Shown here one piece after another: positions 1 through 11,695 of a stretch of 64,000 nucleotides of DNA; positions within the stretch are counted from its first letter, which is position 1; each line of letters begins with the position of its first letter. The position numbers were made by a program, and so were the translations under genes. The DNA comes from Heterodontus francisci (taxonomy: Eukaryota), in contig NC_090378.1 in assembly GCF_036365525.1 (NCBI RefSeq), positions 61,271,833 to 61,335,832 of the forward strand. The letters are read 5' to 3'. The notes under the pieces were generated by a model. That model was not told the DNA's origin. It saw only the letters and a program-made list of their open reading frames with translations, and searched no databases.

Positions 1-229
1 TAAAATATTTCCACCCACAAGGTACGAAACACAATTATTATATCGAAGCAAAATTCCTGTTGGGATGACTGGTGTCAAGTCTCCTTCTATCCAACCCGGG
101 GAAATTCCAGCTTGTAAATTTTCTTTGAAATTACTCTCTGCACGGTCCTACAATTATACAACTAGAAGAGGTGATGTAAAACCTAAAAATGCTGGAAATA
201 CTCAGCAGGTCTGGCAGCATCTGTGGAGA

Positions 230-266
230 AGTTAATGCTTCAGGTCGGTGACCTTTCATCAGAACT
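230..266 (-). ncRNA. Minimal type I hammerhead ribozyme motif (degenerate, GAAA>GAAG) in the Penelope terminal repeat
   Basis: Reverse complement reads AGTT-CTGATGA-A-AGGTCACCGACCT-GAAG-CATTA-ACT. Confidence 0.6.
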
Positions 267-1926
267 GGCAAAGGTTAGAAATGTAATAGGTTTTAAGCAA
301 ATGAAGTGGGGGTGGGGCAAAAGAGAACAAATGGGAAGGTATTGATAGGACATAGGATCACAGAGAATAACTGACAAAGAGGTCATGGGGCAAAGGCAAA
401 GACAAAGAGTGTGTTAATGGTGTGATGAAATACAAAGCATTAGTGCAGAGAGTGTGCTAAATGACAGAATAATGAAAGCCCTAGCCAAAAGCAAAACATG
501 AAAAAGAAGTGGGCAGGCACATGGTAAAATGATGAAACAAACTAAAATAAAATGAAATTTAAAAAAATATTTTAAGTAAAATTAAAACAGGTAAAAAAAA
601 ACATAAATAAAGGGGGGCCAGTCATGCTGAGGTTATTGAACTCAATGTTCAGTCCGATAGGCTGTAGCGTGCCTAATCAGTAAATCGCTAATATTCATTA
701 TAAGCCCACCGACTCCCACAGCTACCTGGACTACACTTCTGCACACCCTGCCTCCTGTAAGGACTCCATTCCATTCTCCCAGTTTCTCCGTCTCCGACGC
801 ATCTGCTCTGATGATGCAAGCTTCCACAACAGCGCTTCTGATATGTCTTCCTTTTTCCTCAACTGAGGATTCCCCCCACTGTGGTTGACAGGGCCCTCAA
901 CCCTGTCCGGCCCATTTCCTGCATCTCTGCTCTCACCCCTTCCCCTCCTTCCCAAAACTGCGACAGGGTTCCCTTTGTCCTCACTTTCCACCCCACCAGC
1001 CTCCACATCCAAAGGATCATCCTCCGCCATTTCTGCCACGTCCAACGTGTTGCCACTACCAAACGCATCTTCCCCTCCCCTCTCCTCCCCTGTTAGCATT
1101 CCGAAGGGAACATTCCCTCCGCGACACCCTGGTCCACTCCTCCATTACCCCTGACACCTCGTCCCCTTCCCATGGCAACTTCCCATGCAATCACAGGAGG
1201 TGTAATACTTGCCCATTTACCTCCTGTCTCCTCACTATCCCAGGCCCCAAACACTCCTTTCAGGTGAAGCAGCGATTTACTTGTACTTCTTTCAATTTAG
1301 TATACTGTATTCGCTGCTCACAATGTAGTCTCCTCTACACTGGAGAGACCAAACGCAGATTGGGTGACTGCTTTGCGGAACACCTCCGCTCAGTCCGAAA
1401 GCATGACCCCTAGCTTCCTGTTGCTTGCCATTTCAACACTCCCCCCTGCTCTCATGCTCACATATCTGTCCTGGGATTGCTGCAGTGTTCCAGTGAACAT
1501 CAACGCAAGCTCGAGGAACAGCACCTCATTTACTGATTAGGCACACTACAGCCTGCCGGACTGAACATTGAGTTCAATAATTTCAGAGCATAATTGGCCC
1601 CCATTTTCTAACTTTTTTTTTTAGATTTACTTCGTTTTTAAAATGTTATTTCATTTTATTTTAGTTTGTTTCATCATTACACTTTTTTTTACCATGTGCC
1701 TGCCCACTTTTTTTCATGTTCTGCTTTTGGCTAGGGCTTTCATTATTCTGTCATTTAACACCCTCCCTGCACTAACATTTTGTATTTCATCACACCATTA
1801 ACACACTCTTTGTCTTTGCCTTTGCCCCATGACCTCCTTGTTAGTTATTCTCTGCGTCCCATTTGTTCTCTTTTGCCCCACCCTCACTTCATTTGCTTAA
1901 AACCTATTACATTTCTAACCTTTGCC

Positions 1927-1963
1927 AGTTCTGATGAAAGGTCACTGACCTGAAGCATTAACT
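1927..1963 (+). ncRNA. Minimal type I hammerhead ribozyme motif (degenerate, GAAA>GAAG) in the Penelope terminal repeat
   Basis: AGTT-CTGATGA-A-AGGTCA-C-TGACCT-GAAG-CATTA-ACT. The related copy at ~25415 keeps GAAACGTTAAC. Confidence 0.65.
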
Positions 1964-2924
1964 TTGCTTTTGTCTCCACAGATGCTGCCAGACCTGCTGA
2001 GTATTTCCAGCACTTTTTGATTTCATTTCAGATTTGCAGCATCTGCAGTATTTTGATTTTATTATAGAAGAGGTGATGTTCCTCATGTGACTTTTGGAAA
2101 GGAGCAGAGGTGTAATTAACCTTCATATAATATTTACTGTACTTGAGAGTTCCCTGGCAAACTGCTATAAGTTATTTTTCAGTAAGAATCTCATAATTGT
2201 ATCACTGTGAATAAACCTTCTATGAAATCCCACACTTCCATGACATGGAACCCGCCAGATATTTTTGTAACCTACCCCTACCCCAACCAATTTTCGCCTT
2301 TCCTCTCCTGAAAGGATTGATTTGAGCTGAGGGCAGGTTCTAATATGCATTAGCAACCCACTCTGACCTCACCCATATGTTCATTCTTTATGTGTGAACA
2401 TAGACTGTGAGTGCTGAGAAGAAGCTGAACATCTTCCTGGTTTCATCCAGCACCTACACAAGCGTACTTTCCACAGGAGTCACTGCAAAGTACTCAAGAA
2501 CAAGAATACTGCCTGAGTTTCCGAGCGGAGATGATAGGCTGAATGGCCTCCTTCTAATCTGTAACCATGATATGATTCTATTCTATTCTATGATTATCTC
2601 TTCCCAAGCCCAGTGGTGATGGAATGACCAACTGACACTTTGACAGAAATAAACTAACTCAGCACTTCTGATTATTATCGGGTGACTCCTGCTGGAACAT
2701 GAAAGATCAGGCTTGTCTGTGATACTTTCCGCAATCAGTTAGCCTACCCAGACTAACTGGAGTCACGCATGATGAATAGGTACTGAGACAATGTGTCGCT
2801 GTGTCCAGCATAAATTCATGATTTCAGGAAAGAACATTGTAGAAAGGTACCTACAGAATTCAACATGATATTGGTTAACAGTGATTGAGGTGAAACCGTC
2901 TCTACTAATGGAACATATGCACTG

Positions 2925-3265
2925 TGTTACGGACAGGTGATAAGGGGTGTGGGTGGTTCCCACTGTTCATCACCCAACTGACCACAATCGTGTTTTGTTC
3001 AAAATGATGAGTTAGCCCCTGAGTGTTTTTAGGGTCAAATAAACAGACAAGTTACAGGTTTTCTTGTACTGAACAATATTCATTCCCAAAGCCACTCACT
3101 CATGCATTCACTCTGACATGCCCTTTCAAGAGAAGATAGATAGAAGGTAAAAGGTAAGAGTTCAATGTGTGGTAGGTGTTCATGGTTTACAGTAAACCTG
3201 TTGAATCTTCTAAGTAGGACAGTCTCTTTTAAAGGTACAGGCCTGGGTGTTTGTAGTCTTGAATT
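2925..3265. mobile_element. Probable LTR fragment, interrupted by CR1 insertions
   Basis: Begins TGTTACGG, like the TGTTACG terminus of the solo LTR at 54417. No matching right terminus was identified. Confidence 0.35.
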
Positions 3266-5887
3266 TCACAGAATCATAGAATTCACAGAATCACAGAATT
3301 GTTACAACGCAGAAGGAAGCCATTCGGCCCTTCATGTCTGCACCAGCTCTCCAAAAGAGCAATTCACTCAGTGCCATTCCCCTGCTTTCTCCCCGTAACC
3401 CTGCACATTCTTCCTTTTCATATAACAGTCTAATTCCCTTTTGAATGCTTCAATTGAATCTGCCTCCACCATGTTCTCAGGCAGCGCATTCCAGACCTTA
3501 AACACTAGCTGCTTTTGTTTCTCTTACCCATTACTTTAAATCTGTGCCTTTTCATTCTCGATCCTTTCATAAGTGAGAACAGTTTCTCCCTATCTACTCT
3601 GTCCAGACCCTTCATGATCTTGAATACCTCTATCAAATCACTTCTCAACCTTCTCTTCTCTAAGGAAAACAGTCCGAACTTCTCCAATCTATCAATCTTG
3701 TTCTTGTGCTCGTGTGTGTTCTTGCGTTCTTGGATATTCGTACTGTCTTTATAACTGAAGTTCCTTATCCCTGGAACCATTCTCATGAATTTTTCCTGCA
3801 CTGTCTCCAATGCCCTCACATCTTTCCCAAAGTGCGGCACACAGAACCTTACTCCAGCTGAGGCCTAACTAGTGTCTTATATAAGTTCAACATAACTTAC
3901 TTGCTCTTGTATTCTATGCCCTATTAATAAAGCCCAGGATACTGTATGCTTTATTAACTGCTGTCTCAACCTGTCCTGCCACCTTCAATGACTTATGCAC
4001 CCAGATCCCTCTGCTCCTGCACCCCTTTTAGAATTGTACCCTTTATTTTATGTTGTCTCTCCATGTTCTTCCAAAATGAATCACTTCACATTTCTCTGCA
4101 TTGAAATTGATCTGCCACCTATCCGCCCATTCCACCAACTTGTCTATGTTCTTTTGCAGATCTGTAAAACAGGTCACAGTGCTTCCAAGTTTCGTATAAT
4201 CCGTCTAGGTCATTAATATATATCAGGAAAAGCAAGGGTCCCAACACTGACCTCTGTGGAACTCCACTACAAACCTTCCTCCAGCCCAAAAAACATCCAT
4301 TAACCATTACTCTTTGTTTCCTGTCACTCAGTTCCATATCTGTGTTGCTACTGTCTGTTTTATCTATGAGCTATAACTTTGCTCACAAGTTTGTTGTGTG
4401 GCACTGTATCAAACACTTTTTGAAAGTCCATATACACATCAACCCTCTATGTTACCTCCTCAAAAAACTCCAGCAAGTTAGTCAAACATGTACTCTATGT
4501 CTTTCTTTAATTAACCCATATTTGCCCATGTGACTATTAATTTTGTCCCGAATTATTATTGCTAGAAGTTTCCCTACCACTGAAGTTAAACTGACTGGCC
4601 TATAATTGCTGAGATTATCTTTACACCCTTTTATGAACAAGGGTGTAACGTTTGCAATTTTCCAGTCCTCTGGCACCACCCCCAAGTCTAAGGAAGACTG
4701 TAAAATTATGGCCAGTGCCATAATTTCCATCCTCACTTCCTTCAGTATCCTTGGATGCATCAAATCCGGTCCTGGTGCTTTATCCACCATTGCCTGGGTT
4801 GCATCTTCTTCCTTGGTAAGGACAGATGCAATGTATTCATTTAATACCTCAGCTATGCCCTCTGCCCCCATGCATAAATCCCCTTTATGGTCCCTAATCG
4901 GCCCAATTTCTCCTTTTACCACCCTTTTACGATTCATGTGTCTAAAGAAAACTTTGGGATTCCCTTTAATGTTAGCTGCCAGTCTCTTTTCATGCTCTCT
5001 CTTTTCTTCTCTTATTTGCTTTTTCACTTCCACTCTGAACCTTCTATATTCAGCCTGGTTCTCAATAGTATTTTCTACCTGGCATCTGTCATAAGCACAC
5101 TTTTTCTTCTTTATCTTAATCTCTACCTTGTCATCCAGGGAGCTCTGGATTTGTTTATTCTACTTTTCCCTTTCATACCTTGACTGTGCCCGAACTATCT
5201 CTTCTTTGAAGGTATTGTTCAGCTACTGTTTTTCCTGCCAACCTTTGACTCCAATTTATTCCCCCCAGCTCCATTCTTAACCCAATGAAGTTGGCTTTCC
5301 CCCAGTTAATTAATCTTACCCTGGATTGTTCTTTGTCCTTTTCCATAGTCAGCCTGAACCTAATGATACAATACTCACTGTCCCCTAAATGCTCTCCTAC
5401 TGATACTTGATCCACTTGGCCCACCTCATTCCCAAGAACCAAGTCTAGCAGTGCATCCTTTCTCATTAAACTAGAAACATACTGCTGTAGAAAATTTTTC
5501 TGAACACACTAGGAATGCTTGCCCCTCACTGCCCTTTACACTATACTATCCCAGTCTATGTTTGGATAATTAAAGTCCCCCATTATAAGTAATTTATAAT
5601 TTTTGCACTTCTCTAATTTCCTTGCAAATTTGTTCCTCCCCATCCTTCCCATTAGGTGGTGGCCTATAGACAACACCAAGAAATGTAACTGCACCTTTTT
5701 TGTTCCTCAGCTCTAGCCAAATTGATTCTGTCCCCTACCCCTCTGGGACATCATTTTTCTCCAGCACTGCAATACTCTCCTTAATAAATAACACCACCCC
5801 TTTCCCTTTTTTCCCCTTTCCTATCTTTCCTGAACACCTTGTATCCAGGAATATTCAATACTCTGTCTTGCCCTTCTTTGAGCCAGG
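3266..5887 (-). mobile_element. Degenerate CR1 LINE (APE endonuclease/RT remnants and 3' UTR)
   Basis: Minus-strand ORF pieces: [78 protein letters not shown]. Short-repeat 3' tail at ~3266-3300. Confidence 0.9.
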
Positions 5888-6259
5888 AGACATTCACGGA
5901 GAAGACTCGAAGGGCGGAGTTCCAGACCGTTAAGTATAAAAAACTGACCTCGGGGATTGGCGGCCTACATTCACGGAGAAGACTCGGAGGGCGGAGTTCC
6001 AGACCGGTAAATATAAAAAACTTACCTCTGGTAAAAAAAACTAAAAAGTGACATCACAGGAAAGCTGTGACCTGATTGGCTGGTAGGGAATTTGTACTGA
6101 ATTTGAAAATAAAACATTGGTAAAAATTGATTAAAACCCTAATTAACTAATTGATAAGTAGAGTAACTTAACCAGAGGGAGGAGATTACTGTATTTAGTT
6201 AGCATTTAATATTTATAGTAGAAATCTAGCACTAGGGACCATATAGTTAATTATAACAA

Positions 6260-7550
6260 TTGGATGTCCACCAAAGCTACAAAGTATCATCACCTCATTC
6301 CATGACAATATGAAAGGCACAATTCAACATGGTGGCTCCTCATCAGAGCCCTTTCCTATCCTGAGTGGCGTGAAACAGGGCTGTGTTCTTGCACCCACAC
6401 TTTTTGGGATTTTCTTCTCCCTGCTGCTTTCACATGCGTTCAAATCCTCTGAAGAAGGAATTTTCCTCCACACAAGATCAGGGGGCAGGTTGTTCAACCT
6501 TGCCCGTCTAAGAGCGAAGTCCAAAGTACGGAAAGTCCTCATCAGAGAACTCCTCTTTGCTGACAATGCTGCTTTAACATCTCACACTGAAGAGTGCCTG
6601 CAGAGTCTCATCGACAGGTTTGCGGCTGCCTGCAATGAATTTGGCCTAACCATCAGCCTCAAGAAAACGAACATCATGGGGCAGGACGTCAGAAATGCTC
6701 CATCCATCAATATTGGCGACCACGCTCTGGAAGTGGTTCAAGAGTTCACCTACCTAGGCTCAACTATCACCAGTAACCTGTCTCCAGATGCAGAAATCAA
6801 CAAGCGCATGGGTAAGGCTTCCACTGCTATGTCCAGACTGGCCAAGAGAGTGTGGGAAAATGGCGCACTGACACGGAACACAAAAGTCAGAGTGTATCAG
6901 ACCTGTGTCCTCAGTACCTTGCTCTATGGCAGCGAGGCCTGGACAACGTATGCCAGCCAAGGGCGACGTTTCAATTCATTCCATCTTCGCTGCCTCCGGA
7001 GAATACTTGGCATCAGGTGGCAGGACTATATCTCCAACACAGAAGTCCTTGAAGCGGCCAACACCCCCAGCTTATACACACTACTGAGTCAGCGGCGCTT
7101 GAGATGGCTTGGCCATGTGAGCCGCATGGAAGATGGCAGGATCCCCAAAGACACATTGTACAGCGAGCTCGCCATTGGTATCAGACCCACCGGCCATCCA
7201 TGTCTCCGCTATAAAGACGTCTGCAAACGCGACATGAAATCGTGTGACATTGATCACAAGTCGTGGGAGTCAGTTGCCAGCGTTCGCCAGAGCTGGCGGG
7301 CAGCCATGAAGACAGGGCTAAATTGTGGCGAGTCGAAGAGACTTAGTAGTTGGCAGGAAAAAAGACAGAGGTGCAAGGGGAGAGCCAACTGTGCAACAGC
7401 CCCGACAAACACATTTCTCTGCAGCACCTGGAAGAGACTGTCACTCCAGAATTGGCCTTTATAGCCACTCCAGGCGCTGCTTCACAAACCACTGACCACC
7501 TCCAGGCGCGTATCCATTGTCTCTCGAGATAAGGAGGCCCAAAAGAAAGA
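6260..7550 (+). mobile_element. RTE-clade LINE, 5'-truncated
   Basis: ORF 6310-7464 has GVKQGCVLAPTLF, ELLFADNAAL, FTYLGS and RRLRWLGHVSRM. Highly similar to the copies at 23.4-24.9 kb and 44.3-45.8 kb. Confidence 0.92.
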
Positions 7551-7621
7551 GTAAGGATTTAATAAGTATTTATTTATTTTATATAAATTAACTAATTAGT
7601 GCTAGAAATGACAGTTAGAGG

Positions 7622-8530
7622 GTGAAGTGCTTCACCTGTGAGATGTGGGAAGTCCGTGACGCTTCCAGCGTTCCGGACGACTACATCTGCAGGAAGTGTA
7701 ACCAGTTGCAGCTCCTCACAGACCGCATGGATCGGTTGGAGCGGCAACTGGATGCACTTAGGAGCATGCAAGTGCCAGAAAGTGTCATAGACAGGAGTTT
7801 TAGAGAAGTGGTTACACCCAAGGTGCAGGCAGATAGATGGGTGACCGCTAGAAGGGGCAGGCAGTCAGTGCAGGAATCCCCTGTGGCTATCCCCCTCTCT
7901 AACAAGTATACCGTTTTGGATACTGTTGCGGGGGATGGCCTATCAGGGGAAAACAGCAGCAGCCAGAGCAGTGGCACCACGGCTGGCACTGTTGTTCAGC
8001 AGGGAGGGACAAAACGCAGAAGAGCAATAGTTATAGGGGACTCTATAGTCAGGGGCACAGATAGGCGCTTCTGTGGACGTGAAAGAGACTCCAGGATGAT
8101 ATGTTGCCTCCCTGGTGCCAAGGTCAAGGATGTCTCTGAACGGACAGGGGGCATTCTGAAAGGGGAGGGTGAACAGCCAGAGGTTGTGGTACACATCGGT
8201 ACCAACGATATAGGCAGGAAGAGTGATGAGGTCCTGCAGGGGGAGTTTAGGGAGTTAGGTAGAAAGCTAAAAAACAGGACCTCGAGGGTTGTAATCTTGG
8301 GATTACTCCCTGTGCTACGTGCCAGTGAGGCTAGAAATAGAAAGATAGTGCAGCTAAACACGTGGCTGAACAGCTGGTGTAGAAGGGAGGGTTTCAGATA
8401 TCTGGACCATTGGGATCTCTTCAGGGACAGATGGGACCTGTACAAGAAGGATGGGTTGCATCTAAACTGGAGGGGCACAAATATCCTGGCTGCGAGGATT
8501 GCTAGCGTCACTCGGGAGGGTTTAAACTAG
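7622..8530 (+). CDS. CR1 ORF1p: N-terminal CxxC..CxxC zinc finger, coiled coil, SGNH/GDSL esterase domain (likely ATG at 7608 is 1 nt out of frame in this copy)
   Basis: Motifs CFTCEMWE...CRKC, IVIGDSIVRG, VHIGTNDIG and DGLHLN; ends REGLN*. Confidence 0.88.
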   Translation: MKCFTCEMWEVRDASSVPDDYICRKCNQLQLLTDRMDRLERQLDALRSMQVPESVIDRSFREVVTPKVQADRWVTARRGRQSVQESPVAIPLSNKYTVLDTVAGDGLSGENSSSQSSGTTAGTVVQQGGTKRRRAIVIGDSIVRGTDRRFCGRERDSRMICCLPGAKVKDVSERTGGILKGEGEQPEVVVHIGTNDIGRKSDEVLQGEFRELGRKLKNRTSRVVILGLLPVLRASEARNRKIVQLNTWLNSWCRREGFRYLDHWDLFRDRWDLYKKDGLHLNWRGTNILAARIASVTREGLN

Positions 8531-11377
8531 TGTGGCAGGGGGGTGGGAACCAGAGCAGTAGGACAGCAAGTGAAATAAATGAAGGGGAACTAGTAAATAA
8601 GGCCAGTAAGACTAAGAGGAAGAGCAGGCAGGGAGATGTTGTGGAGAACAGCGGGACTGGTGGTCTGAAGTGCATTTGTTTCAATGCAAGAAGTATAACA
8701 GGTAAGGCAGATGAACTTAGAGCTTGGATTAGTACTTGGAACTATGATGTTGTTGCTATTACAGAGACTTGGTTGAGGGAAGGACAGGATTGGCAGCTAA
8801 ATGTTCCAGGATTTAGAAGCTTCAGGCGGGATAGAGGGGGATGTAAAAGGGGTGGGGGAGTTGCATTACTGGTTAAGGAGAATATCACAGCTGTACTGCG
8901 GGAGGACACCTCGGAGGGGTCATGCAGCGAGGCAATATGGGTGGAGCTCAGGAATAGGAAGGGTGCAGTCACGATGTTGGGAGTTTACTACAGGCCTCCC
9001 AACAGCCAGCGGGAGGTAGAGGAGCAGATATGTAGACAGATTTTGGAAAGATGTAAAGGTAACAGGGTTGCAGTGGTGGGTGATTTTAACTTCCCCTATA
9101 TTGACTGGGACTCACTTAGTGCTAGGGGCTTGGATGGGACAGAATTTGTAAGGAGCATCCAGGAGGGCTTCTTGAAACAATACGTAGATAGTCCAACTAG
9201 GGATGGGGCTGTACTGGACCTGGTATTGGGGAATGAGCCCAGCCAGGTGGTCGAAGTTTCAGTCGGGTAGCATTTCGGGAACAGTGACCATAATTCCATA
9301 AGTTTTAAGGTACTTGTGGATAAGGATGAGTAGTCCTCGGGTGAAGGTGCTAAATTGGGGGAAGGCTAATTATAACAATATTAGGCAGGAGCTGAAGAAT
9401 TTAGATTGGGGGCGGCTATTTGAGGGTAAATCAACATCTGACATGTGGGAGTCTTTCAAACGTCAGTTGATTAAAATCCAGGACCAGCATGTTCCTGTGA
9501 GGAAGAAGGGAACCTTGGATAACGAGGGATATTGTGAGCCTCGTCAAAAAGGAAAAGGAAGCATTCGTAATGGCTGGAAGGCTAGGAACAGACGAATCCC
9601 TTGAGGAATATAAAGACAGTAGGAAGGAACTTAAGCAAGGAGTCAGGAGGGCTAAAAGGGGTTATGAGAAGTCATTGGCAAACAGGATTAAGGAAAATCC
9701 CAAGGCTTTTTATTCATATATAAAGAGCAAGAGGGTAACCAGAGAAAGGGTTGGCCCACTCAAGGACAGAGAAGGGAATCTATGTTTGGAGCCAGAGGAA
9801 ATGGGCGAGGTACTAAATGAGTACTTTGCATCAGTATTCACCAAGGAGAAGGACTTGGTGGATGATGAGCCTAGGGAAGGGAGTGTAGATAGTCTCAGTC
9901 ATCTCATTATTAAAAAGGAGGAGGTGTTGGGTGTCTTGCAAAGCATTAAGGTAGATAAGTCCCCAGGGCCTGATGGGATCTACCCCAGAATACTGAGGGA
10001 GGCAAGGGAAGAAATTGCTGGGGCCTTGACAGAAATCTTTGCATCCTCATTGGCTACAGGTGAGGTCCCAGAGGACTGGAGAATAGCGAATGTTGTTCCT
10101 TTGTTTAAGAAGGGTAGCAAGGATAATCCAGGAAATTATAGGCCGGTGAGCCTTACGTCAGTGGTAGGGAAATTATTAGAGAGGATTCTTCGGGACAGGA
10201 TTTACTCCCATTTGGAAACAAATGGACTTATTAGCGAGAGGCAGCATGGTTTTGTGAAGGGGAGGTCGTGTCTCACTAACTTGATTGAGTTTTTTGAGGA
10301 AGTGACAAAGATGATTGATGAAGGAAGGGCAGTGGATGTTATCTATATGGACTTCAGTAAAGCCTTTGACAAGGTCCCTCATGGCAGACTGATACAAAAG
10401 GTGAAGTCACATGGGATCAGAGGGGAGCTGGCAAGATGGATACAGAACTGGCTCAGTCATAGAAGACAGAGGATAGCAGTGGAAGGGTGCTTTTCTGAAT
10501 GGAGGGATGTGACTCGTGGTGTTCCGCAGGGATCAGTGCTGGGACCTTCGCTGTTTGTAGTATATATAAATGATTTGGAGGAAAATGTAGCTGGTCTGAT
10601 TAGTAAGTTTGCGGACGACACAAAGGTTGGTGCAGTTGCGGACATTGATGAGGATTGTCAGAGGATACAGCAGGATATAGATCGGTTGGAGACTTGGGCA
10701 GAGAAATGGCAGATGGAGTTTAATTCCGACAAATGTGAGGTAATGTATTTTGGAAGGTCTAATGCAGGTGGGAAGTATACAGTAAATGGCAGAACCCTTA
10801 GGAGTATTGACAGGCAGAGAGATCTGGGCGGACAGGTCTTCAGGTCACTGAAAGTGGCAACGCAGGTGGATAAGGTAGTCAAGAAGGCATACGGCATGCT
10901 TGCCTTCATCGGTTGGGGCATAGAGTATAAAAATAGGCAAGTCATGCTGCAGCTGTACAGAACTTTAGTTAGGCCACACTTAGAATATTGCGTGCAATTC
11001 TGGTCGCCACACTACCAGAAGGACGTGCAGGCTTTGGAGAGGGTACGGAAGAGGTTTACCAGGATGTTGCCTGGTCTGGAGGGCACTGGCTATGAGGAGA
11101 GGTTGGATAAACTCGGATTGTTTTCACTGGAACGACGGAGGTGGAGGGGTGACATGATTTCGAGGTTTACAAAGTTCTTAGCGGCATGGACAGAGTGGAT
11201 AGTCAGAAGCTTTTTCCCAACGTGGAAGAGTCAGTTACTCGGGGCCATAGGTTTAAGGTGCGAGGGGCAAAGTTTAGAAGGGATGTGCGAGGCAAGTTCT
11301 TTACACAGAGGGTGGTGAGTGCCTGGAACTTTTTTGCTGGGGGAGGTGGTGGAAGCAGGTACCATAGAGACGTTTAA
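8521..11377 (+). pseudogene. CR1 ORF2 (APE endonuclease + reverse transcriptase), disrupted by a stop at 9268-9270 and frameshifts
   Basis: APE motifs FNARSI, AITETWL and VGDFN; RT motifs YRPVSLTS, DFSKAFD, GVPQGSVLGP and KFADDTK. Confidence 0.92.
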
Positions 11378-11695
11378 GAGGCATCTTGACAAATACATGA
11401 ATAGGATGGGAATAGAGGGATACGGACCCCGGAAGTGCAGAAGGTTTTAGTTTAGGCAGGCATCAAGATCGGCGCAGGCTTGGAGGGCCGAATGGCCTGT
11501 TCCTATGCTGTACTGTTCTTTGTTCTTTTTTCTTTGTTTTTTGTCTCTTTTGAGGTGTTGTAGATTTCTGATGGTTAAGACTTCAGACTGGAGGTGGTGG
11601 TCACTGTCAATTCTCTGCAGCACCAAGTTGAAGTGTAGAATTGGAAGCTGGGCTTCTTCTTCTTGTTTAGGTGTATCTTTCCACAAAGTGACTCC

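Larger units (their letters stand above)
178..2064 (+). mobile_element. Penelope-like retroelement (5'-truncated, GIY-YIG endonuclease remnant) with an inverted copy of its 3' end at the left
   Basis: 15-bp TSD TAGAAGAGGTGATGT at 163-177 and 2065-2079. ~178-680 is the reverse complement of ~1525-2015. Internal frames read YKPTDSHSYLDYTSAHP (RT C-terminus) and NLVYCIRCSQCSLLYTGETKRRLGDCFAEH (GIY-YIG), with stops and frameshifts. Confidence 0.9.
5888..11525 (+). mobile_element. Near full-length CR1 LINE (5' UTR, ORF1 esterase, ORF2 APE-RT, 3' tail); 5' UTR interrupted by an RTE element
   Basis: 5' UTR has a ~77-bp-spaced duplication (5890-6020). ORF1 is 7622-8530 and ORF2 pieces span 8530-11377. 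The 3' end reads GGGCCGAATGGCCTGTTCCTATGCTGTACTGTTCTTTGTTCTT. Confidence 0.93.

Noticed and set aside
98-108. GGGGAAATTCC NF-kB-like motif
   Set aside because: Isolated, with no identifiable promoter nearby.
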